DNA of 30,064 nucleotides, from positions 1 through 30,064 of the forward strand of contig WRLW01000001.1 of assembly GCA_009777435.1 (NCBI GenBank). The letters run 5' to 3'. A program made the translations under genes and the position numbers. Below are positions 19,751-26,476 of this stretch, piece by piece. The notes beneath the pieces were generated by a model. The model searched no databases and had not been told where the DNA came from. It saw nothing but the letters and a program-made list of their open reading frames with translations. This stretch comes from Oscillospiraceae bacterium. Lineage in GTDB: Bacteria > Bacillota > Clostridia > Oscillospirales > UBA929. How positions within the stretch are numbered: the stretch's first letter is position 1; each line of letters opens with the position of its first letter.

Positions 19751-20251
19751 CTCTTTCACGACCGCGTTCTCGCTGATAACGACCGAGGCGTGAATTGTGC
19801 CCTGAGTGTTTTCTGCTAAATTGGTATCAAAGTTTATTAAAAAGGCGAGTCTGAAGCTGAGCCTGAGCGTTTGCGCAACGACAAACGGCTGTTGAACCGC
19901 GGAGATGTCGCCGGGGCCGTTGGGGTTGGCGATCACAAACTCAAATGTGACCGATTTCCCGTCTCCGCTTACCACTATGTTCCGGCAGGGGTTAACCGTG
20001 CCGTTATGGGCGGGGTATACTATACCTATAGATGTATAGTTGAGACCGGTATCTGTAAAACTGCTCGCGTTGAATCTGCCATTGCCTTTGACTATGCTGA
20101 CCGTGATGGTTGTGTCGCCCACATTTACCGGCTGGATTCTCACGTCGGCGCTTGTGGAATTGCCGGACGCCAGCGCGGCCGGCGATAACGCCGTCACAAG
20201 CGACAGTGTAATGGCGGCCGTGAGAGCTATTGACAAAAGTCTCCTTTTCAT
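18596..20251 (-). CDS. secreted modular protein C (about 551 aa): signal peptide, unique N-domain, shared Lys-rich module, short unique C-domain
   Basis: Start ATG 20251 (MKRRLLSIALTAAITLSLVTALSPAALA) after GGAGGT; central region is homologous to protein B. Confidence 0.8.
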   Translation of the reverse strand: MKRRLLSIALTAAITLSLVTALSPAALASGNSTSADVRIQPVNVGDTTITVSIVKGNGRFNASSFTDTGLNYTSIGIVYPAHNGTVNPCRNIVVSGDGKSVTFEFVIANPNGPGDISAVQQPFVVAQTLRLSFRLAFLINFDTNLAENTQGTIHASVVISENAVVKEPPAPKLAPYYDLKSPDKWFLTEKVKTDTPIMLTGGYEYASSATGPWTSVPETGFDIKASSAPKAPVFVRAMEFGKIPASKAVKVTPANYGKPTKYKIDYKNEIIKMKKGDQYSTDDGKTWADVRLDDKGKPIPYNAELFISGGDGDMLLRKSATGKKPATETQTITSLPRAVIADAELSVANGKITSDMKNYEIWIVNTANPAKSKWGKLPKITTDGVHEFLIRVKAAPKGASAKAASLSSTLKVTYGSLSDNKSGITAAQIGSGAVLYPPELEGLLIPKPVVGQPRAKLKAVSGVYNPGLEGGTWYIIEPQTPLYEGLDDGTYPQDKIRFQVSLSATGEYKFENVDDTVFNLFPGCIVAESKFSVGETEGVTRLHLTIIYDLS

Positions 20252-20309
20252 AGACCATACCTCCATGTGAAATATTCGGACATAAAGCGGCTCCTTCCGC
20301 CTCGTATAT

Positions 20310-20337
20310 ATTATACGAAGCAAAGGGAGCCGGACAA
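20310..20337 (-). promoter_or_regulatory. probable promoter of gene C (and possibly of the whole C-B-A cluster)
   Basis: Minus strand perfect -10 TATAAT with a weak -35 TTGTCC and a 16-bp spacer, about 60 bp upstream of the start. Confidence 0.5.
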
Positions 20338-20347
20338 AAGCCCTTTG

Positions 20348-20379
20348 ACGCGGTTGGTCAAAAAACGGACGTAGTTGGT
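20348..20379. promoter_or_regulatory. candidate LytTR-type operator (direct repeat, 21-bp period)
   Basis: ACGCGGTTGGT (20348-20358) and ACGTAGTTGGT (20369-20379), just upstream of the weak -35. Confidence 0.45.
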
Positions 20380-20393
20380 AACGTCGGGGCGGG

Positions 20394-20720
20394 TTATTCG
20401 GAGGAAGGCGGCCACAAAAGCCAGCCGTAGTCCTGACGGCAGTCAACGGCCGCCGTTATGTAGACAACGCCGTCCCGGATTTCAAATAACGCCATATGAT
20501 ACTTGCCGAAGCGAATTTTGCGGTATCTCTGAAACGGTATGGCTTCATGCTCTAACCAGGGGCAGCGTTCGGGGCTTTGCGCGAGGGCGCCGGCGGCTGC
20601 GACAAAGGCGTCGGCAAGCCTGTTCGCGGCTTCCGCGCTGACGTTCGCGAGGAAGCGCGCGTGGGCGAGCATTTGCTCAAACGCCGCGTCGGTGACCTTG
20701 ACGGTAAAGGTTTTATCCAT
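20394..20720 (-). CDS. type II toxin, RelE/ParE superfamily (ParE-like)
   Basis: 108 aa; VKVTDAAFEQM...AANRL...LAQSPERCP...YRKIRFGKYHMALFEI...VYITAAVDCRQDY matches the ParE/RelE pattern; 8-bp overlap with the upstream antitoxin. Confidence 0.8.
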   Translation of the reverse strand: MDKTFTVKVTDAAFEQMLAHARFLANVSAEAANRLADAFVAAAGALAQSPERCPWLEHEAIPFQRYRKIRFGKYHMALFEIRDGVVYITAAVDCRQDYGWLLWPPSSE

Positions 20721-20988
20721 TGGCGGCTTCCGCTGCGGCGCGTCTCATCGCTGCGGCGGTGTCCTCCGCCGTGCGGACGCGGGCGTTTTGGATATCGGCT
20801 TCCGAGCGCAAAAGCGTTTCACGCAGGCGCAGCACGCTTTCCCTGCGGGCAAAAGTTTCCAAGTCCATCACAACAAGGTCGCCCTCGCCGTTTTTGGTCA
20901 AAAAAACAGGTTCTCTCGTGCGCTTGCACAGCGCGGATATTTCATTGTAGTTTTTCCGTATAGCCGCGGAAGGCTTAATATTCATCAT
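20713..20988 (-). CDS. type II antitoxin, Phd/YefM family
   Basis: 91 aa; IKPSAAIRKNYNEISALCKRTREPVFLTKNGEGDLVVM is typical of Phd/YefM; AAGGAG RBS before ATG 20988. Confidence 0.88.
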   Translation of the reverse strand: MMNIKPSAAIRKNYNEISALCKRTREPVFLTKNGEGDLVVMDLETFARRESVLRLRETLLRSEADIQNARVRTAEDTAAAMRRAAAEAANG

Positions 20989-21006
20989 GGCGGTTCTCCT
21001 TGTGGC

Positions 21007-21060
21007 AATATTATATGCTTTTATGATACTTATTATACTACGGTAAAGGCGCGCTGTAAA
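21007..21060 (-). promoter_or_regulatory. toxin-antitoxin promoter with probable autoregulatory operator
   Basis: Minus strand TTTACA-17 bp-TATAAT (21060-21032), followed by the imperfect palindrome AATATTATA-6 bp-TATGATACT (21007-21030, 7/9 symmetric). Confidence 0.65.
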
Positions 21061-21077
21061 GAGGCGGATGCGGCCCT

Positions 21078-22550
21078 CTACCATTCTATCTTCAGCGCGG
21101 CCTCCGCGCTGAAGGAGTCGCCCGTATGCTCAAACGAGACGAAGCCGCCGTGTTTTTCCGCTATTTTGCGGATGATGCCGATGCCGTATCCGTGCAGTAA
21201 GCGGTCGCCCTTGGTGGTGACGTAGCGCCCGCCGTCCATGCCGACGTCCCCGTGCCGCGCGTTGGTAACCGAAAGGTACATATAGGGCTTGCTGGCGTTA
21301 AGCTGGACTTTGGCCCAGCGGCCTTCAGGGTCTTGGATGTTCGCGCAGCTTTCCAGCGCGTTGCTGAGCATGTTCATAAACAGGCTCACGAGATCCGCGT
21401 CGGGGACGTCGAGAGGCGGCAGCGGCGAAACGTCGAATTCGATTTCAAACTCAAGCTGGCGCGCGCGCCGTGCGGCGTGGGTGAACAGGGCCTGTATGAT
21501 GCGGTTGCCGCAGTAGACCGGCCCCTCAAGATCCCCATAGCTTTCGTTTAAGCCGGACAGGTAGTTCGACAGCCGCTCATACTGCCCCTTCTCAAGCAGT
21601 ATGCTTATGGCCAGCAGATGATGGTGCAGCTCATGCCGCATGTGGGCGATCTGCGCGATATAGTTTTCTAAAGTTTGGTAATTTTCCATCAGGAACTCGT
21701 TTTTTACTTCCAGCATCCGTATTTCGGACTGATGGCCGACCAGCTCGCGGGTGTTTATAAGCAGGACATGGCACATCATATAGGCCGCGCTGAGCAATAT
21801 GGCGTTTTTGTATTCGTCGTGAAATAAGAATGGGCTTCCGGCCAGTGTCCTGACGAGCAGATAGAGCCAAAAAACGGCCCAGACGGCGGTCAGCGTCCTC
21901 ATATACCGCGCCGCGTCCTTGGATTCCGGCCAGAGGGAGCCGGCGGGCAGGAATAAAAAGGCGCATACCCCCGCTATGGGGCTGTACAGCCTGTCGGGTA
22001 TATCAAGCGGCAGTCCGAGCGCGAAGAACATAAGCCACGCGGCGGCGCCGTAAGCGGCGAGTATGATTATGGGCGCGAGCAGCCATTTTTGGGCGCGGGG
22101 GCTCAAATAAAGATAGAAGTGCAGAAACAGCGCGATAGGGTATCCGTAAAAAGAGAGCTTATTGACATAGAACAGAAGCTCCAGGCTTAAAACCCGCGAG
22201 GCCGGCCCGGTCATGGACAGCGTGTTCAGCGCGAACAGCGACGCGAAAAGCCCCATCAGGAGGATATGCCCGCACCTCAGCTTATTTGCGGCGCGTATCA
22301 GGCCCAAGGCGAAGCAGACCAGACCTAAAAACAGGCAGATAACGCCTCCCGCGATGTCAAAGGCGCCCCATTCGAGGGTATAGGGCATGACCGGCGGCAC
22401 GTTCTCGCCTATGCGGAGGTTTGGGAAGCGTTCCGCGTCGATAGGCATACCGCCCGACAGCCGGACATGGGGGGAGACCATGCCGATGTAAATAAGACAT
22501 ATCAGGGCGGCCGCCGCCATCAGGAGATACCAGGTTTTTTGTTTGCCCAT
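21078..22550 (-). CDS. membrane sensor histidine kinase, AgrC/HPK10-like GHKL
   Basis: One N-terminal TM, an extracellular loop and about 7 further hydrophobic helices; H-box MRHELHHHL, N-box FMNMLSNALES, VTNAR, TTK...HGYGIGII. Confidence 0.85.
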   Translation of the reverse strand: MGKQKTWYLLMAAAALICLIYIGMVSPHVRLSGGMPIDAERFPNLRIGENVPPVMPYTLEWGAFDIAGGVICLFLGLVCFALGLIRAANKLRCGHILLMGLFASLFALNTLSMTGPASRVLSLELLFYVNKLSFYGYPIALFLHFYLYLSPRAQKWLLAPIIILAAYGAAAWLMFFALGLPLDIPDRLYSPIAGVCAFLFLPAGSLWPESKDAARYMRTLTAVWAVFWLYLLVRTLAGSPFLFHDEYKNAILLSAAYMMCHVLLINTRELVGHQSEIRMLEVKNEFLMENYQTLENYIAQIAHMRHELHHHLLAISILLEKGQYERLSNYLSGLNESYGDLEGPVYCGNRIIQALFTHAARRARQLEFEIEFDVSPLPPLDVPDADLVSLFMNMLSNALESCANIQDPEGRWAKVQLNASKPYMYLSVTNARHGDVGMDGGRYVTTKGDRLLHGYGIGIIRKIAEKHGGFVSFEHTGDSFSAEAALKIEW

Positions 22551-22659
22551 GCTTTCACTTCCGGTTTGAGTTCAATTTATAATAAATATAAAACTCTCCG
22601 CTTGGGTATTCAGCGCTCTCTTTTTTGTTACGATATACTATAAGCGGAGGTGTGCCTTT

Positions 22660-23367
22660 ATGTACAGGATTGCCATATGCGAGGACGAGGCGGTTTTCCG
22701 CGCCGAACATGAGCGGATATGCCGCCGCATTTTCGCTAAGCTGAATATAGAATACCACATATCCTCATTTGAATCCAGCGCGGCTTTTTTAGACGCCTTT
22801 TCCAAGGGGAGGAGATACGACCTCTTTTTGCTGGATATCGTCATGGACGAAACAAACGGCATGGAGCTGGCGCGGAAGATACGCGAAAGCGGCGATGACG
22901 CCGCCATTATATTCATTACCTCAAACCCCGACCATGTATGGCAGGGGTATGACGTGGGCGCGCTGCATTACCTTATGAAGCCGCCGGACGGCGATGTGCT
23001 GGAGCGCCTGATAGCGTCGGATTACGACCGCAGGTTCCAAAGCGGCTCTATCGTCGTCAGGGCCGGGGCGCAGACCCTGCGCATACCTGCCGAGGACGTG
23101 ATCTGCCTTGAGACCGTGGGAAAGCGCGTGGCGGTCACGCTGGACGACAGGACGGTCGAGTGTTCGGGAAAGCTGTCGGAGCTTTTGAGCGGGCTGCCCA
23201 AGGAGCAGTTTGTCCGCTGCCATGTCGCCTATGCCGTCAACGTGCGCAAGATGCAGGAAATCACGCGGACGGACGCCGTGGCCGTAAACGGCAAAAAAAT
23301 ACCGATCAGCCGCGCGTACTCCAAAGACGTGCAAAAGGCGTTTCTGAGGAAGATGCGCAAGGCTTAG
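22660..23367 (+). CDS. LytTR-family response regulator
   Basis: Receiver IAICEDE / FLLDIVM / GMELARKIR / IIFITS / YLMKP and LytTR FVRCHVAYAVN...IPISR; GGAGGT RBS. Confidence 0.92.
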   Translation: MYRIAICEDEAVFRAEHERICRRIFAKLNIEYHISSFESSAAFLDAFSKGRRYDLFLLDIVMDETNGMELARKIRESGDDAAIIFITSNPDHVWQGYDVGALHYLMKPPDGDVLERLIASDYDRRFQSGSIVVRAGAQTLRIPAEDVICLETVGKRVAVTLDDRTVECSGKLSELLSGLPKEQFVRCHVAYAVNVRKMQEITRTDAVAVNGKKIPISRAYSKDVQKAFLRKMRKA

Positions 23368-23368
23368 G

Positions 23369-23417
23369 CCCCCCTCCCGGCGTCCGCGATAACTTGGACG
23401 CCGGCGCGCCGGGGGGG
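23369..23417. terminator. GC-rich hairpin after the response regulator
   Basis: CCGGCGTCC-10 nt-GGACGCCGG (23377-23404), extended by C6/G7 runs and followed by TTGACTTTT. Confidence 0.5.
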
Positions 23418-23446
23418 TTGACTTTTATAACGGCGTATGATACACT
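23418..23446 (+). promoter_or_regulatory. sigmaA promoter of the nitrogen operon
   Basis: TTGACT-17 bp-TACACT with an extended -10 TG. Confidence 0.65.
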
Positions 23447-23452
23447 CCATAA

Positions 23453-23560
23453 ACGAACAAAGGCGTTCGTCATATGAGGCAAAGGATGGTTGGGGATCGG
23501 GGGTTATGAGACCGGTCGGAAGCTGTCCCCCGTTGCACCGTGTGATGGCCGCTTGTTTTT
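23453..23560 (+). promoter_or_regulatory. structured 5' leader, candidate ANTAR antitermination element
   Basis: Hairpin ACGAAC-[AAAGGC]-GTTCGT, a second C-AAAGGA loop sequence 22 nt later, and a long alternative hairpin ending at TTGTTTTT (hand-folded). Confidence 0.5.
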
Positions 23561-23614
23561 ACGAGTTCTAATTTTGCCGTGTATACGCGTACGGTTAGGA
23601 GAGGAGAGGTTTCC

Positions 23615-24796
23615 ATGAGAGCGTTTGGAACAATTTCGCGGGGTGTTCGCGCCCCGATCATCAAGAAAGGCGACGATTTAGCCGAAATCGCGGCCCTTTC
23701 GGTAACGGAGGCCGCGGAAAAGGAAGGATTTGAGCTGCGCGACAGGGATGTCGTGGGCATAACCGAGTCGGTGCTGGCCCGCGCCCAAGGCAACTACGCC
23801 TCCTTGGCGCAGATCGCCGCCGATGTGCGCGCGAAAATTCCAGGCGGCGTCTTTGGCGTTACCCTGCCCATTCTCAGCCGCAACCGTTTTTCACAGATAC
23901 TGCGCGGCGTATCGGCCGCGGCGGATAAGCTTTATATATTGCTCGCGTATCCGGGCGACGAGGTGGGCAACCCTCTGCTGAGCTGGGAGCAATTAGATGA
24001 AAAAGGGATTAACCCATATACCGACGTGTTAGACGAGGCCGAGTTTACCGCCTTGTTCGGCAGGGCGGTTCACCCCTTCACCGGCGTGGACTACATTTCG
24101 TATTACAAGGAGCTTACCGGCGGCAAAGCCTCTATATTATTCGGCAATGACCCGCGCGCCGTTTTGAAATACACAAAGCATGTCATAACGGCCGATATCC
24201 ATACCCGCCACAGGTCAAAGAAGCTGCTTCGCGGCGCCGGGGCCGAGACCGTTCTCGGATTGGACGATCTTTTGAACGGGCCTGTGGAGGGAAGCGGGTA
24301 TCACCCGCAATACGGCCTGCTGGGGTCGAATTTGGCGACGGAGGATTCCGTAAAGCTTTTCCCCCGCGACGCCCAAGCCTTCGCGGAGCGTGTGGCGGCC
24401 CGCCTTTTGGCGCTCTCCGGGAAAAACATAGAAGTTTTGGTATACGGCGACGGCGCGTTTAAGGATCCGGTCGGCGGAATTTGGGAGCTGGCAGACCCTG
24501 TTGTCTCTCCCGGCTACACCAAAGGGCTGGAGGGCACGCCGAACGAGCTTAAAATCAAATATTTGGCCGATACGGCCGCCGGCGACAAGAGCGGCGACGC
24601 GGCTTCCGAGCTTATCAAGGACATGATCCGCAACAAGCAGGAGAGCTTGGTGGGCGATATGTCCTCTCAGGGCACCACTCCCCGCCGCCTGACCGATTTG
24701 CTGGGCAGCCTGTGCGACCTGACCAGCGGCAGCGGCGATAAGGGCACGCCGATCGTGCTGATTCAGGGATACTTTGATTCATATGCGGATATTTGA
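23615..24796 (+). CDS. F420-0:gamma-glutamyl ligase (CofE)-family protein; substrate unknown
   Basis: GVRAPIIKKGDDL...DRDVVGITESVLARAQG N-terminus and DLLGSLCDLTSGSGDKGTPIVLIQG C-terminus are CofE-like; ATG 23615 after AGGAGAGG. Confidence 0.7.
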   Translation: MRAFGTISRGVRAPIIKKGDDLAEIAALSVTEAAEKEGFELRDRDVVGITESVLARAQGNYASLAQIAADVRAKIPGGVFGVTLPILSRNRFSQILRGVSAAADKLYILLAYPGDEVGNPLLSWEQLDEKGINPYTDVLDEAEFTALFGRAVHPFTGVDYISYYKELTGGKASILFGNDPRAVLKYTKHVITADIHTRHRSKKLLRGAGAETVLGLDDLLNGPVEGSGYHPQYGLLGSNLATEDSVKLFPRDAQAFAERVAARLLALSGKNIEVLVYGDGAFKDPVGGIWELADPVVSPGYTKGLEGTPNELKIKYLADTAAGDKSGDAASELIKDMIRNKQESLVGDMSSQGTTPRRLTDLLGSLCDLTSGSGDKGTPIVLIQGYFDSYADI

Positions 24797-24817
24797 ACTG
24801 AAAGGGTGGCCCGTATT

Positions 24818-25303
24818 ATGCGTAAAGACATACTCTCCCTCATGGAGCGCAACGCAAAGCTGACGGCGGACGAGATCGCCGTGCGCTTGGGCGTATCTGA
24901 GGCGGACGTGCGCGACGAGATAGCGCGGATGGAAAAGGAGCAGATTATCTGCGGCTATAACACGCTTATTAACTGGGATCGCGCGGACAGCGAATTCCTC
25001 ACCGCGCTTATCGAGGTGAAGGTCACTCCGTCGCGCGGGCAGGGCTTTAACCGCATCGCCGAGCGGATATACCGGTTTGACGAGGTTAAGGCGGTATACC
25101 TTATGTCGGGCGGCTATGACCTGACGGTTATTATTGAGGGCCAGTCAATCAAGGACATAGCCTATTTTGTCTCCGACAAGCTCTCGCCCCTTGAGTCCGT
25201 CCTGAGTACGGCCACTCATTTTGTTCTTAAAAAATACAAGGATCACGGCGTCGTCCTGAACGAGCGGGGCGGCGACGACGAGAGGATGATCGTTTCGCCA
25301 TGA
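24818..25303 (+). CDS. Lrp/AsnC family transcriptional regulator (YugG/AlaR-like)
   Basis: ILSLMERNAKLTADEIAVRLG helix-turn-helix plus YLMSGGYDL RAM domain; paired with an aminotransferase as in B. subtilis yugG-yugH. Alternative GTG start at 24806. Confidence 0.88.
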   Translation: MRKDILSLMERNAKLTADEIAVRLGVSEADVRDEIARMEKEQIICGYNTLINWDRADSEFLTALIEVKVTPSRGQGFNRIAERIYRFDEVKAVYLMSGGYDLTVIIEGQSIKDIAYFVSDKLSPLESVLSTATHFVLKKYKDHGVVLNERGGDDERMIVSP

Positions 25304-26457
25304 GGAGCTTCGTCGCGCAAACGATCCGAGATCTGCCCCCGTCCGGCATACGCCGCTTCTTCGACGTGGCGGCCACCATGAAGGACGTGGTTTCGCTGGG
25401 CACCGGCGAGCCGGATTTCGCCACGCCCTGGCATATCCGCGAGGAGGCCATATTCACATTGGAACGGCGGCGCACCACCTACGGCGCCAACGCCGGCATG
25501 ATGGAGCTGCGCCGGGAGATAGCGCGGTATATGTCCAAATACGGGCTGGAGTACGATGCGGAGACGCAGGTGCTGGTGTCGGTCGGCGCCAGCGAGGACA
25601 TCGACGTGGCGATGCGCGCCATACTTAACCCCGGCGACGAGGTGCTGCTGGTTGAGCCGTGCTTTGTGGCTTATAAGCCGTGTGTTCTGATGGCGGGCGG
25701 CGTGCCTGTAACCATACCGACGAGCGCGGACAACGATTTCCGCGTCACGGCCGCCGACATAGAGGCGCGCCTCACATCCAAGACCAAAGCCGTCCTGCTC
25801 AGTTATCCCTGCAATCCCACGGGCGCCACCCTTGAGCGGACGGAGATAGAGTCCATAGCCGCCCTGCTGCGAGAGCGGGATCTGGTGGTTATCAGCGACG
25901 AGATATACTCAGAGCTGACATACGGCGGCGAGCCGCATGTTTCTATAGCGTCCCTGCCGGGCATGGCTGAGAAAACCATTGTCATCAACGGATTTTCCAA
26001 GGCGTTCGCCATGACGGGCTGGCGGCTGGGGTTTGCCTGCGGGCCGGCGGATTTGATTGCCGCCATGGTCAAAATCCATCAGTATATATTGATGTGCGCC
26101 CCCATTATAGCCCAGTACGCCGGCGTCGAGGCCCTGCGCAACGGCGCGGCGAGCGTGGAAGCGATGCGGAAGGAATACGACGGCCGGCGCCGCTTTATGC
26201 TCAACGGCCTGCGGGAAATGGGGATAGACTGCTTTGAGGCAAAGGGCGCGTTTTACCTGTTCCCCTCCATAAAGCGGTTCGGGATGTCCAGCGAGAAATT
26301 CTGCGACCGCCTGCTGCACGAGGCGCGGCTGGCGGTTGTGCCGGGAACGGCGTTCGGCGCTTCGGGCGAGGGGTATGTGCGGTGCTGCTACGCGTATTCC
26401 ATCGACAGCATCAGGGAAGCCCTGTCCCGGCTGCGCGGTTTTATACAGTCAATATAA
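25300..26457 (+). CDS. class I/II PLP-dependent aminotransferase (YugH/AlaT-like)
   Basis: SLGTGEPDF, YPCNPTG, SDEIYSEL, PLP lysine in NGFSKAFAMTGWRLG, YVRCCY; ATGA overlap with the regulator. Confidence 0.9.
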   Translation: MRSFVAQTIRDLPPSGIRRFFDVAATMKDVVSLGTGEPDFATPWHIREEAIFTLERRRTTYGANAGMMELRREIARYMSKYGLEYDAETQVLVSVGASEDIDVAMRAILNPGDEVLLVEPCFVAYKPCVLMAGGVPVTIPTSADNDFRVTAADIEARLTSKTKAVLLSYPCNPTGATLERTEIESIAALLRERDLVVISDEIYSELTYGGEPHVSIASLPGMAEKTIVINGFSKAFAMTGWRLGFACGPADLIAAMVKIHQYILMCAPIIAQYAGVEALRNGAASVEAMRKEYDGRRRFMLNGLREMGIDCFEAKGAFYLFPSIKRFGMSSEKFCDRLLHEARLAVVPGTAFGASGEGYVRCCYAYSIDSIREALSRLRGFIQSI

Positions 26458-26476
26458 TCTTAAGGGGGGCGCGGCC

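Noticed and set aside
13528-20251. Shufflon or diversity-generating retroelement explanation for the repeated surface genes
   Set aside because: No recombinase, reverse transcriptase, inverted recombination sites or adenine-specific mismatch pattern is seen; repeats are direct and consistent with duplication or conversion.
20300-20321. loxP-like arms (CTTCGTATA...TATACGA)
   Set aside because: The spacer is 3 bp rather than 8, the outer ATAA/TTAT arms are absent, there is only one copy and no tyrosine recombinase is in the window; treated as coincidence around a -10 box.
22555-22758. 67-aa minus-strand ORF as an AgrD-like peptide precursor
   Set aside because: It overlaps the response regulator antisense by about 100 bp, has no RBS or AgrD-like features, and no agrB is present.
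23476-23545. Known riboswitch (c-di-GMP-I because of GGCAAA; also THF, TPP, T-box) in the operon leader
   Set aside because: The remaining conserved elements of those families are not recognisable by eye; the ANTAR-type hairpin fits better. An Rfam scan would settle it.
104-26476. Long upstream extensions in the ORF track (thiI to 1372, rplJ to 10249, pntB to 11980, gene C to 20446, antitoxin to 21084, glmS from 26336)
   Set aside because: Downstream starts have clear RBSs and match family N-termini; the extensions run through promoters, leaders or neighbouring genes.
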